From contig JALSRQ010000146.1 in the NCBI GenBank assembly GCA_026984675.1, positions 1 through 32,000 on the forward strand: DNA of 32,000 bases, given 5' to 3'. Made by a program: the position numbers and the translations under genes. Position 1 is the first letter of the stretch. Each line of letters opens with the position of its first letter. This document shows, piece by piece, positions 1 to 7,492 of this stretch. Source of the DNA: Thermaceae bacterium. Its GTDB lineage: Bacteria > Deinococcota > Deinococci > Deinococcales > Marinithermaceae. The notes beneath the pieces are model-generated. The model did no database searches and was not told where the DNA came from. It worked only from the letters and a program-made list of their open reading frames with translations.

Positions 1-486
1 TACCAGCACCAGAAGATCGGCCGGGGCGGCGCCAAGGTGGTCGCTAAGTTCAAGAACCTGGAGACCGGCGCCACCGTTGAACGCACCTTCAACTCGGGCG
101 AGAAGCTCGAGGACATCTTCGTCGAGACCCGTGAGATGCAGTACCTCTACCCCGAGGGCGACGCCTACGTCTTCATGGACCTGGAGACCTACGACCAGTA
201 CAGCGTCCCGCTGGCCGTGGTGGGGGAGGCGGCCAAGTTTCTTAAGGAGGGGACCCACGTCCTGGCCGACGTTTACGAGGGCCGCATCATCAAGGTCACT
301 CCGCCGACGGTGGTCGAGCTCAAGGTCACCGAGACCCCCCCGGGGGTCAAGGGCGACACCGTCTCCGGGGGCTCCAAGCCGGCGACCCTGGAGACCGGGG
401 CGGTGGTCCAGGTGCCCCTCTTCGTCAACGCCGGCGACGTAATCAAGATCGACACCCGGACCGGCGAGTACGTGGGCCGGGCCTAG
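1..486 (+). CDS. efp: Elongation factor P, 5'-truncated by the window edge
   Basis: Frame 1 is open from nt 1 (YQHQKIGRGGAKVVAKFKNLETG...TGEYVGRA*). EF-P-like over its full length, so the ORF-track ATG at 37 is internal. Stop is TAG at 484-486. Confidence 0.9.
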   Translation, partial: YQHQKIGRGGAKVVAKFKNLETGATVERTFNSGEKLEDIFVETREMQYLYPEGDAYVFMDLETYDQYSVPLAVVGEAAKFLKEGTHVLADVYEGRIIKVTPPTVVELKVTETPPGVKGDTVSGGSKPATLETGAVVQVPLFVNAGDVIKIDTRTGEYVGRA

Positions 487-495
487 GAGGCGGGG

Positions 496-983
496 ATGAA
501 GGTCAAGGAGATCCGCGCGCTGCTCGAGGCGATGGAGGCCACCGGGGCCAGCGAGGTCGTGCTCGAGACCCCCGACTTTAAGATCACCGTCCGCCGGGGG
601 AGCCCGGCCCCCGCCGGGGCCCCGGCGGCGACCGCGCCGGCCCCGACGCCCGCCGCCCCCCAACCCGAGCCGTCGCCGCCCCCGGTGCCAGAGCCCGAGG
701 CCGCCCCCGCCGAGGAGCCCCCGGCCTCCCAGGAGGAGTGCCCCAACTGCGTGGTGGTCAAGGCCCCGATCGTCGGCACCTTCTACCGGCGTCCCGCCCC
801 CGACGCCGAGCCCTACGTCAAGGAGGGCGACCGGGTGGAGAAGGGGCAGGTGCTCTGCATCATCGAGGCGATGAAGCTCTTCAACGAGATCGAGTCCGAG
901 GTCTCCGGCATCGTGCGCAAGATCCTGGTGGAGGACGCCGAGCCGGTGGAGTACGGCCAGCCCCTGTTCCTGATCGAGCCGGT

Positions 984-987
<4 letters not shown>
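496..987 (+). CDS. accB: Biotin carboxyl carrier protein of acetyl-CoA carboxylase
   Basis: GGAGG lies 6 nt upstream of the ATG. Pro/Ala-rich linker followed by a biotinyl domain with the EAMKL biotinylation motif. Stop overlaps the accC start (ATGA). Confidence 0.93.
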
Positions 988-2321
<1,334 letters not shown>

Positions 2322-2330
2322 ATACCCCAC
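2322..2330. repeat. Left copy of the 9-bp direct repeat ATACCCCAC, immediately after the accC stop codon
   Basis: Exact 9-mer repeated at 3316-3324. The two copies bracket the recombinase gene. Confidence 0.7.
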
Positions 2331-2336
2331 TTAACC

Positions 2337-2364
2337 TTGTCAAGCGCCACCGGACACCTAAGGT
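2337..2364 (+). promoter_or_regulatory. Putative promoter for a leaderless recombinase mRNA
   Basis: TTGTCA (2337-2342), 16-nt spacer, TAAGGT (2359-2364), 6 nt, then ATG at 2371. The same -10/N6-7/start geometry recurs at several host genes in this window. Confidence 0.35.
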
Positions 2365-2370
2365 GTAGGC

Positions 2371-3285
2371 ATGCCTACTTTTGCCGGTGTAGACGTATCA
2401 AAGAGCTTCCTCGACGTTTTTGACAGCACGGAGATCAAACGCTACACGAACGACCCAGAGGGATGGGCCGGCATTGCCGAGGAGACACGGGGGCCTTACG
2501 CGATCGAGGCTACCGGGATCTACCACATTCCCGTGGCGCGGTATTTGTGGCGAGAGGGCCGGACCGTCTACGTGGTCTCGCCCCTGCAGGTGAGGCGGTA
2601 TGCCCAGGCGCTCATGGCCCGCAACAAGACCGACAATCTGGACGCGCGGGTCATCGCGGCGTACGCGGAAGCAGCAGGAGACCGGCTCCGACCGTGGACA
2701 CCCTTAGACGCAGACCTGAGCGCGATTCGGGTGCTGGTGGGGTATGCGAGGGGAATCAGCCAGCAAAGCGCAGCCAACCGCAACCGGCTTCACACCGTTC
2801 GGTTCGCCTACCCCGAGCACGCTGGAAACATCGTGGAGACGGTGGCGGAGCTTAAGAAAACGGCGAGGCGGTTTTATCGAGAGGCGTTGAAGGTGGCGCA
2901 TGAAAACCCCACCATCGCCCACTGGATTGATCAGATGACCGAGGTGTCGGGGGTGGGGGAACGGGTAGCGCTCACGGTCATGGCGTACGGCGGCAACCTT
3001 GAGCGGTTCGACAATGCTCGGGCCTTCGCCGCCTACACCGGCCTGACGCCGATGCGAAAGCAGTCGGGGGAAAAGGAGGGAAAAGCGAGGATCTCGCGGA
3101 TGGGGCCGGGGGCGTTGAGGCAAGCGTTCTATATTGCCGCCAGGGTGGCAGTGATGAAGGATGAGCGCTATCGGGCGTACTACGAGCGAAAGCGAGCAGA
3201 AGGGAAGGCGCATCTGCTGGTGATGACCGCGATAGCCCGGAAGCTCGCGGTGGTGACATGGAAAAAGGCCGTGGGCCGGCCCTAG
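2371..3285 (+). CDS. IS110-family DEDD (RuvC-like) transposase/recombinase, 304 aa
   Basis: N-terminal DEDD signature (GVDVSK, AIEATG, KTDNLDA). C-terminal Tnp domain (GVGERVALTV..., YTGLTPMRKQSGEKEGKARISRMGPGALRQAFY). Lower GC than the host genes. Confidence 0.9.
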   Translation: MPTFAGVDVSKSFLDVFDSTEIKRYTNDPEGWAGIAEETRGPYAIEATGIYHIPVARYLWREGRTVYVVSPLQVRRYAQALMARNKTDNLDARVIAAYAEAAGDRLRPWTPLDADLSAIRVLVGYARGISQQSAANRNRLHTVRFAYPEHAGNIVETVAELKKTARRFYREALKVAHENPTIAHWIDQMTEVSGVGERVALTVMAYGGNLERFDNARAFAAYTGLTPMRKQSGEKEGKARISRMGPGALRQAFYIAARVAVMKDERYRAYYERKRAEGKAHLLVMTAIARKLAVVTWKKAVGRP

Positions 3286-3409
3286 CCACGCTTACCCACG
3301 GGCTCAGGGGCCCATATACCCCACCGGCAGGACCTGCGGCGCCAATCTAACCGACGAGCTCAAAGGCTCAGTATGGAGGACGGCGTCCTAGCCCACGGCC
3401 AAGAACAGG
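3286..3409. other. 124-nt non-coding spacer between the convergent recombinase and phage genes. Candidate att-like sequence or guide (bridge/seek) RNA locus.
   Basis: No credible ORF. Contains ATACCCCAC-CG-GCAGG (3316-3331), the palindrome GCAGGACCTGC (3327-3337) and the hairpin AGGAC-GGC-GTCCT (3377-3389). Confidence 0.3.
3316..3324. repeat. Right copy of the 9-bp direct repeat ATACCCCAC
   Basis: Exact match to 2322-2330. Confidence 0.7.
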
Positions 3410-3652
3410 CTACCACCGAGGGCGCTGGTAGGGACATCCAGCTTTTTCGCACCGCCTGCGTCCCTCGCGTAAAGCGGCAATCTCAAGGCCGGACAGCAAT
3501 TCGCCGCAAACAGGGCATCGGGTCCGGGTGTACGTAAAGCTCTTTCTCGAAATGTGTTTGGGATCCGTGCCGGTTAGGAAAGCCGTTCCCAACTTCCACA
3601 ACCACCAGAGCAAAGCGACCACCACCAGGACGGCCAAGAGATCGCCGATCAT
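3410..3652 (-). CDS. Small prophage membrane protein with a C-terminal Cys4 (zinc-ribbon-like) motif, 80 aa
   Basis: N-terminal TM helix (LLAVLVVVALLWWLW), then CPVCG...C-x5-GC. ATG lies 4 nt after the Zot stop. No clear SD. Confidence 0.5.
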   Translation of the reverse strand: MIGDLLAVLVVVALLWWLWKLGTAFLTGTDPKHISRKSFTYTRTRCPVCGELLSGLEIAALREGRRRCEKAGCPYQRPRW

Positions 3653-3656
3653 GCGA

Positions 3657-4529
3657 TTAGGCTATCGCAGGCTCGAGACGGGGGAGAGTCTCGGCGAACT
3701 TTCGACGCAGCAGCTCATGGGGAGGAACGCCTAGACGATATGCGTGGGCGAGCTCGGCTAGGGTGAGGGCAGGAAGGCCGTCGGCGGGGCCCGGGCCAGA
3801 CTTGCGCTGGGCAAGCTTTGACTCATCCCAGGTGAGCCCCAGCGCCTCAACCGCTGCCCGGCGCTTGGGATCGAGCTCCTTTTGCAGCTCGATGATCGGA
3901 GGCGGGAAGATCGCCCGGGTGTCGTAGCAGGAAGCCGCTAGGGGGTCGAGGACCACCACGTCGTTCCGGACGATGCCCTCGAAGATCGTGCTAGATCGCT
4001 TGTTCATCATGCCAAGCGAGTCGTCCATGATGTGGGTGTAGCGGATCACTGGGCGGCGCCAGCGGTGCTTGGGCCACAGAAGGAGCTTTAGCCAGATGGG
4101 CGCGGGCCGGGCCCACCAGACATGAGCCACCAGGTCGCGGATCATGGTGTCCACCGAGGCATACCGCTGGGTCGCGAGGAGTACATCCACCCCCACCTTG
4201 CGGTGCTGGGACCAGAAGCCCAGGACCTCGGTGGGAAAGAGGCGGTACTCCCGGGCGTTGAACCACATGTGGGCTTCGTCGAAAAGCAAAAGGCCTTCAT
4301 AAACACTCAGCAGACCTTTGTAGTCGCGGATCTCTTCGATGCTATCGGCACGGAGAACGGCCTCGCGATGGGGCATGCGATGACGACGGCGCAGGTAGTG
4401 GTAAACGTTTTCGCGAATAAAGCCGAAGTTGGCGTAAACCCGCTTACCCCTCGCGAGGGCTTGAAGCCCTCGATGAACGAGCATGTAGCTCTTACCCGAG
4501 CCCGGAACGCCCACGTAGGCTTCAATCAT
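3657..4529 (-). CDS. Zot/pI-like inovirus assembly P-loop ATPase, 290 aa
   Basis: Starts MIEAYVGVPGSGKSYMLV (Walker A) and has LLLFDEAHMWF (Walker B). ATG at 4529 lies 2 nt after the upstream gene's stop. The 151-aa upstream extension in the ORF track is rejected. Confidence 0.85.
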   Translation of the reverse strand: MIEAYVGVPGSGKSYMLVHRGLQALARGKRVYANFGFIRENVYHYLRRRHRMPHREAVLRADSIEEIRDYKGLLSVYEGLLLFDEAHMWFNAREYRLFPTEVLGFWSQHRKVGVDVLLATQRYASVDTMIRDLVAHVWWARPAPIWLKLLLWPKHRWRRPVIRYTHIMDDSLGMMNKRSSTIFEGIVRNDVVVLDPLAASCYDTRAIFPPPIIELQKELDPKRRAAVEALGLTWDESKLAQRKSGPGPADGLPALTLAELAHAYRLGVPPHELLRRKFAETLPRLEPAIA

Positions 4530-4531
4530 GG

Positions 4532-4936
4532 CTACCCACCGCCCCTCAGGAACTTGACGCCCTTGTAGAGGAAGATCGCGCCATAGACCGCCGCCCAGAC
4601 CGAAGCGGCGGTCAAAACCTCGGAGACCGGAAAGAAGACGTTCAACAGGCCCAGGTAGGTGCCGAGCGAATCGGTATACCACTGGGGCGGCTGGGGGACC
4701 TGGGGCAGCAGGTGGGCCAGGGTGGTGAGCAGGATGAAGAAAAGGTCCACGAGCAGGTTCAGGACCGCAACCAGGAGATCCAGGAACCAGCCCAGCACCG
4801 CCCCCACCAGGGAGCCCAGCGCTTGCCAGAGTGCACCGAAGAGACTCGCAAACCAGCCCAGGACATGCCCGGCGGCCTGGGCAATCAGGTCGGCGATCAT
4901 CTGCAAGAACGACGCGAGGGCACTCACCGGAACCAC
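4532..4936 (-). CDS. Polytopic hydrophobic prophage protein in the gVI position (minor coat/assembly)
   Basis: 134 aa, strongly hydrophobic, immediately upstream of and coupled to the Zot gene. GTG start at 4936 is uncertain (poor SD spacing; alternative ATG at 4900). Confidence 0.6.
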   Translation of the reverse strand: MVPVSALASFLQMIADLIAQAAGHVLGWFASLFGALWQALGSLVGAVLGWFLDLLVAVLNLLVDLFFILLTTLAHLLPQVPQPPQWYTDSLGTYLGLLNVFFPVSEVLTAASVWAAVYGAIFLYKGVKFLRGGG

Positions 4937-4980
4937 CTCCAGGCGGAGAAGGGGATGCTCCTTTCAAAGCCGCCGGGCGC

Positions 4981-5100
4981 AAGGGTGAACCCCTTCGGGA
5001 ACCATCCCCTTCGCGCGGCGCGGTACCGAAAAGCGGGAGTCCTCACCGAGTCCGGCCGTCCGACTCCAGACCTGCGCCGCGCTCCGGGGACGCTTCGCGC
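4981..5100. repeat. Repeat-rich phage intergenic region with nested inverted and short direct repeats
   Basis: Inverted repeat GCGCGGCGC (5013-5021) / GCGCCGCGC (5074-5082) encloses GGAGTC (5036-5041) / GACTCC (5062-5067). Direct repeats are CCCCTTCG (4990-4997, 5006-5013) and CTTCGCGC (5009-5016, 5093-5100). Confidence 0.6.
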
Positions 5101-5120
5101 CCTTGCGCCCGTCGGCCCAA

Positions 5121-5161
5121 GAGCAAGCAAGAGAATCGAGGGCTTTCCAGGGGAAAGCCCT
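5121..5161 (-). terminator. Intrinsic terminator after the pIII-like gene
   Basis: Perfect 10-bp stem AGGGCTTTCC/GGAAAGCCCT with a 3-nt loop (5139-5161). On the - strand it is followed by the U-rich CGAUUCUCUUGCUUGCUCUU. Confidence 0.65.
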
Positions 5162-5179
5162 TGTTCCAAGTTTCTCAAG

Positions 5180-6643
5180 CTAGGCATGGCTTGCCCTCCG
5201 GGCGACAGCGAAGAGGAAGCCAACCATGAGGGACGCCAGAACAATGCGGCGACCGGTCGACGCAGCCCACTGCATCACAGGGTTGTTACAAATGTCCACG
5301 TCGGCGGGGGGGAGGTCGGGGATTTGAAGCTGAACGTGCATGTCGCAGGCTCCGCCGCCGACCGAGGGCGGGGTAGGGATCCACCGGGCCATGCCGACCG
5401 GGAAGCGGTCTTGCAAAAGTTGCCAGAGATCGCTAAGGCGCTGTTGAAAGTTCTGGCGCAAAGGGTCAAAGCGCCCGGCCAGGTCGGGAAGGGTGGGGGC
5501 GTCGAAGGTCGGCAGATCGACCGGAGTCAGGGAGGGCATGCTGGGATCAGGTACCTGGTCAGGTTGCTGATCAGGCTGGCACTGGTTATTAGGGTCGTCC
5601 GGGCAAGGGTCCGCCGAGTCCTTGAGGCCGTCGCCGTCGGTGTCAGCGTCCTGGCTTACGTCCGGGCGGCTGCTGGGATCGGTGGGATCGGTCCCGGCGT
5701 CGCGTTCCGTACCGTTATCGTAGCCATCCCCATCGGGGTCGGCGGTCGGCAAGGGCTGGGACCCTGCGTTCGAGGGGTCCGAGCCGGTATCCCACTCGAA
5801 CCAGTCGGGCCAACCGTCCCCGTCGGAGTCCTCGGCAGGGTTAAAGAAGGGGTTGTCCCACCATTGGTTGCCGGTTGGGGGAGGATCAAGGGAAAGACCA
5901 GGAATAGGCACGCTGAAGGACTGGGGGATATTGCCCTTAGCGTCCTGATCGTTAAGGTAGTCGGTGACAGCCTGCTTAACCCCATCGGCAGCGTCGGGGT
6001 GAGACTGAATCCAGTCGGGGAGAGGAGGGCGGTTAACGCGGACATAGGCCGCGTCTACAGTCCAGGGGGTACCGCCTCCGGGGGGTATCACCTGGACAGG
6101 GCCGCCGAGCTGATCGCGGTCCACCCACTGGTAGTCGGTTAGCGTGCCTTCGCGGTTGAGAATCGCCTGCTCACCGACGGAGAGGGCAGGAGTAGGTGGG
6201 CAAGAGCCACCGCCTACTTCGCGAGGCTGGCAGTTAGGGCAGGTGTATCGCCAGTTGTATGCATGGAAATAGCTATCGCAGTACCCGCCGGTAATAACCC
6301 AAGCCCAATCGGAATAGGGACCACCGGCAAGGTTCCACCAGGTATCTAAGGACGTGCCGGTAGACTTCTTGGCTTGGTCGTAGAACCACTCTAGGCCGGT
6401 GTAGATCAGGGAGGCGGCGAACACGGCGACGCCGGCATAACGGACTACAGAGCCCCAAACCAGGCGCTTTTGGAACTGAGCGTCGGACCAAGCGATAACC
6501 TCGTCCAAAGTAAAGCCTTGGATAGCGGACTCGGCAGCGTTAAGGAAGCCAGGAGAAGAGGCAGGAACAGGGCGGTGAGCGTAGGTCGGGGAGAGCAAGG
6601 CCCCGGCCACCGCCAGGGCAACCAGCAGCCGGGGCACTCGCAT
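5180..6643 (-). CDS. pIII-like secreted, C-terminally anchored adsorption/minor coat protein with thrombospondin-type-3-like Asp-rich repeats
   Basis: Signal peptide MRVPRLLVALAVAGALLSPTYA and C-terminal TM anchor (IVLASLMVGFLFAVARRASHA). DxDGDG motifs (DSDGDGWPD, DPDGDGYDNG, DTDGDGLKD). Lies directly after the coat gene. Confidence 0.7.
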   Translation of the reverse strand: MRVPRLLVALAVAGALLSPTYAHRPVPASSPGFLNAAESAIQGFTLDEVIAWSDAQFQKRLVWGSVVRYAGVAVFAASLIYTGLEWFYDQAKKSTGTSLDTWWNLAGGPYSDWAWVITGGYCDSYFHAYNWRYTCPNCQPREVGGGSCPPTPALSVGEQAILNREGTLTDYQWVDRDQLGGPVQVIPPGGGTPWTVDAAYVRVNRPPLPDWIQSHPDAADGVKQAVTDYLNDQDAKGNIPQSFSVPIPGLSLDPPPTGNQWWDNPFFNPAEDSDGDGWPDWFEWDTGSDPSNAGSQPLPTADPDGDGYDNGTERDAGTDPTDPSSRPDVSQDADTDGDGLKDSADPCPDDPNNQCQPDQQPDQVPDPSMPSLTPVDLPTFDAPTLPDLAGRFDPLRQNFQQRLSDLWQLLQDRFPVGMARWIPTPPSVGGGACDMHVQLQIPDLPPADVDICNNPVMQWAASTGRRIVLASLMVGFLFAVARRASHA

Positions 6644-6647
6644 GGCC

Positions 6648-6872
6648 TTACCCCTTGAGGAAGCGCCGGGCGAACTTGAAAGCGGTCATGAGCCCGATGG
6701 AAAGGGCGAGGACGCCGACGCCGGCGGCGGCGATTGCGCTCAGGTTGGCGGTCACCTTCTGGGCGATGGGGGTGGGGTCGATGTCCGCCGAGGGAGCGGT
6801 TTGGGCGAACGAGAGCGCCCCCAGGAAAAGCGAGGTGCCAAGGACCGAGAGCTTCTTGAGAAACTTCTTCAT
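6648..6872 (-). CDS. Inovirus major coat protein precursor (pVIII-like), 74 aa
   Basis: AAGGAGG lies 8 nt upstream of the ATG at 6872. Signal peptide MKKFLKKLSVLGTSLFLGALSFA, then a 51-aa mature part: acidic N-terminus, AIAAAGVGVLALSIGL core, basic C-terminus KFARRFLKG. Closely resembles the PH75 coat protein as I recall it. Confidence 0.88.
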   Translation of the reverse strand: MKKFLKKLSVLGTSLFLGALSFAQTAPSADIDPTPIAQKVTANLSAIAAAGVGVLALSIGLMTAFKFARRFLKG

Positions 6873-6922
6873 GAGAATCAGCCTCCTTTCGTAGTTGCTC
6901 AACGCACGGCCCTGGACGCGCG

Positions 6923-7015
6923 TTAGAGCCGACGCAGAACGGCCCGGAGAGCACCGAGGATGACGCCCCCCGCAAGGCCCCAAAGGTAGGCTCCCCAAAT
7001 GGGTTGCCAGTCCAT
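6923..7015 (-). CDS. 30-aa hydrophobic micro-protein (gVII/gIX-like position)
   Basis: MDWQPIWGAYLWGLAGGVILGALRAVLRRL. AGGAG lies upstream. ATG overlaps the upstream stop (TGATG). Confidence 0.5.
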   Translation of the reverse strand: MDWQPIWGAYLWGLAGGVILGALRAVLRRL

Positions 7016-7122
7016 CACAGGCTCCTGAAGAGCACCCAGGCATAGCGGTAGGCGGCGAGGAACGCGTAGGGAACGCTGGCGATGGTGACCACCGAGAGCC
7101 AAGCGGTGCTGGGATCGAACAT
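7015..7122 (-). CDS. 35-aa hydrophobic micro-protein (gVII/gIX-like position), absent from the ORF track
   Basis: Hand translation gives MFDPSTAWLSVVTIASVPYAFLAAYRYAWVLFRSL. TGATG overlaps occur at both ends. Confidence 0.45.
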   Translation of the reverse strand: MFDPSTAWLSVVTIASVPYAFLAAYRYAWVLFRSL

Positions 7123-7226
7123 CACCAGTCCCCCACGGCCAGCACGCCGGTAAGCACGCCAAGGGCGAAGGCGAAGACCTTCAGGACCTCGACGACCTGA
7201 CCGACAGGAACCTGAGCCAGGCTCAC
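7122..7226 (-). CDS. 34-aa hydrophobic micro-protein, absent from the ORF track
   Basis: GTG start overlaps the stop of the upstream gene (GTGA). Translation is (M)SLAQVPVGQVVEVLKVFAFALGVLTGVLAVGDW. Confidence 0.35.
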   Translation of the reverse strand: MSLAQVPVGQVVEVLKVFAFALGVLTGVLAVGDW

Positions 7227-7492
7227 TTGGCCTTCACCTCCGCACGTTCGCGAACGTAGTGAACGGTACCGAGACGGGGGGTGTTCTCTCTGAGGTAGAC
7301 GCGGGCCCGGAAGGTGACGGGATCCATCGGCTTTAGCGCCATCACGTCAGGGACGCTCTCGGGGTCCAGGTTCAGGCGCAGGATGGGGCTTTCGTCGTCG
7401 ATGATCAGTTCAACGGTGTGGTAGACCTTGCCGTTATCGGCGGTGCGGGAGGTGTACCGTACAAAGTTCCCTTTTACGTAGACTCCGTTCAT
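7223..7492 (-). CDS. 89-aa protein in the gV position, putative ssDNA-binding protein
   Basis: GGAGG lies 9 nt upstream of the ATG at 7492. Size and position match inovirus gV. The beta-rich sequence (MNGVYVKGNFVRYTS...) is compatible with an OB fold. Function is assigned from synteny only. Confidence 0.5.
   Translation of the reverse strand: MNGVYVKGNFVRYTSRTADNGKVYHTVELIIDDESPILRLNLDPESVPDVMALKPMDPVTFRARVYLRENTPRLGTVHYVRERAEVKAK

Larger units (their letters stand above)
2331..3324 (+). mobile_element. Candidate minimal IS110-family unit (994 bp counting one repeat copy). Alternatively the recombination module of the prophage.
   Basis: Single DEDD-transposase ORF with only 40 nt (5') and 30 nt (3') of flanking non-coding DNA inside the 9-bp direct repeats. 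No terminal inverted repeats seen. Confidence 0.45.

Noticed and set aside
1-120. EF-P loop with Arg (KIGRGGAK) instead of the Lys modified in E. coli
   Set aside because: As far as I recall this is the ordinary Thermus-type EF-P sequence. The gene is truncated here and no modification enzyme gene is nearby, so nothing can be concluded from this window.
598-735. Pro/Ala-rich, GC-rich low-complexity DNA that looks like a tandem repeat
   Set aside because: It is the normal flexible linker of BCCP (accB), in frame and between the N-terminal and biotinyl domains.
3345-3376. Short matches between the 3' spacer and the element ends (TAACC versus TTAACC; CCTTTGAG on the opposite strand versus CATTTGGGT) as possible donor guides
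   Set aside because: Five- to six-nt partial matches are expected by chance. Kept only as a note inside the guide-RNA hypothesis.
4530-4982. 151-aa N-terminal extension of the Zot ORF (ORF-track 3657..4982)
   Set aside because: The extension is Pro/Gly/Arg-rich and overlaps the hydrophobic pVI-position gene in another frame. The Walker A motif begins 6 residues after the internal ATG at 4529, which is tightly coupled to the upstream stop.
4712-6142. 476-aa + strand ORF across the pIII-like gene and the phage intergenic region
   Set aside because: Antisense to a gene with signal peptide, repeats and C-terminal anchor. No start context and a low-complexity product.
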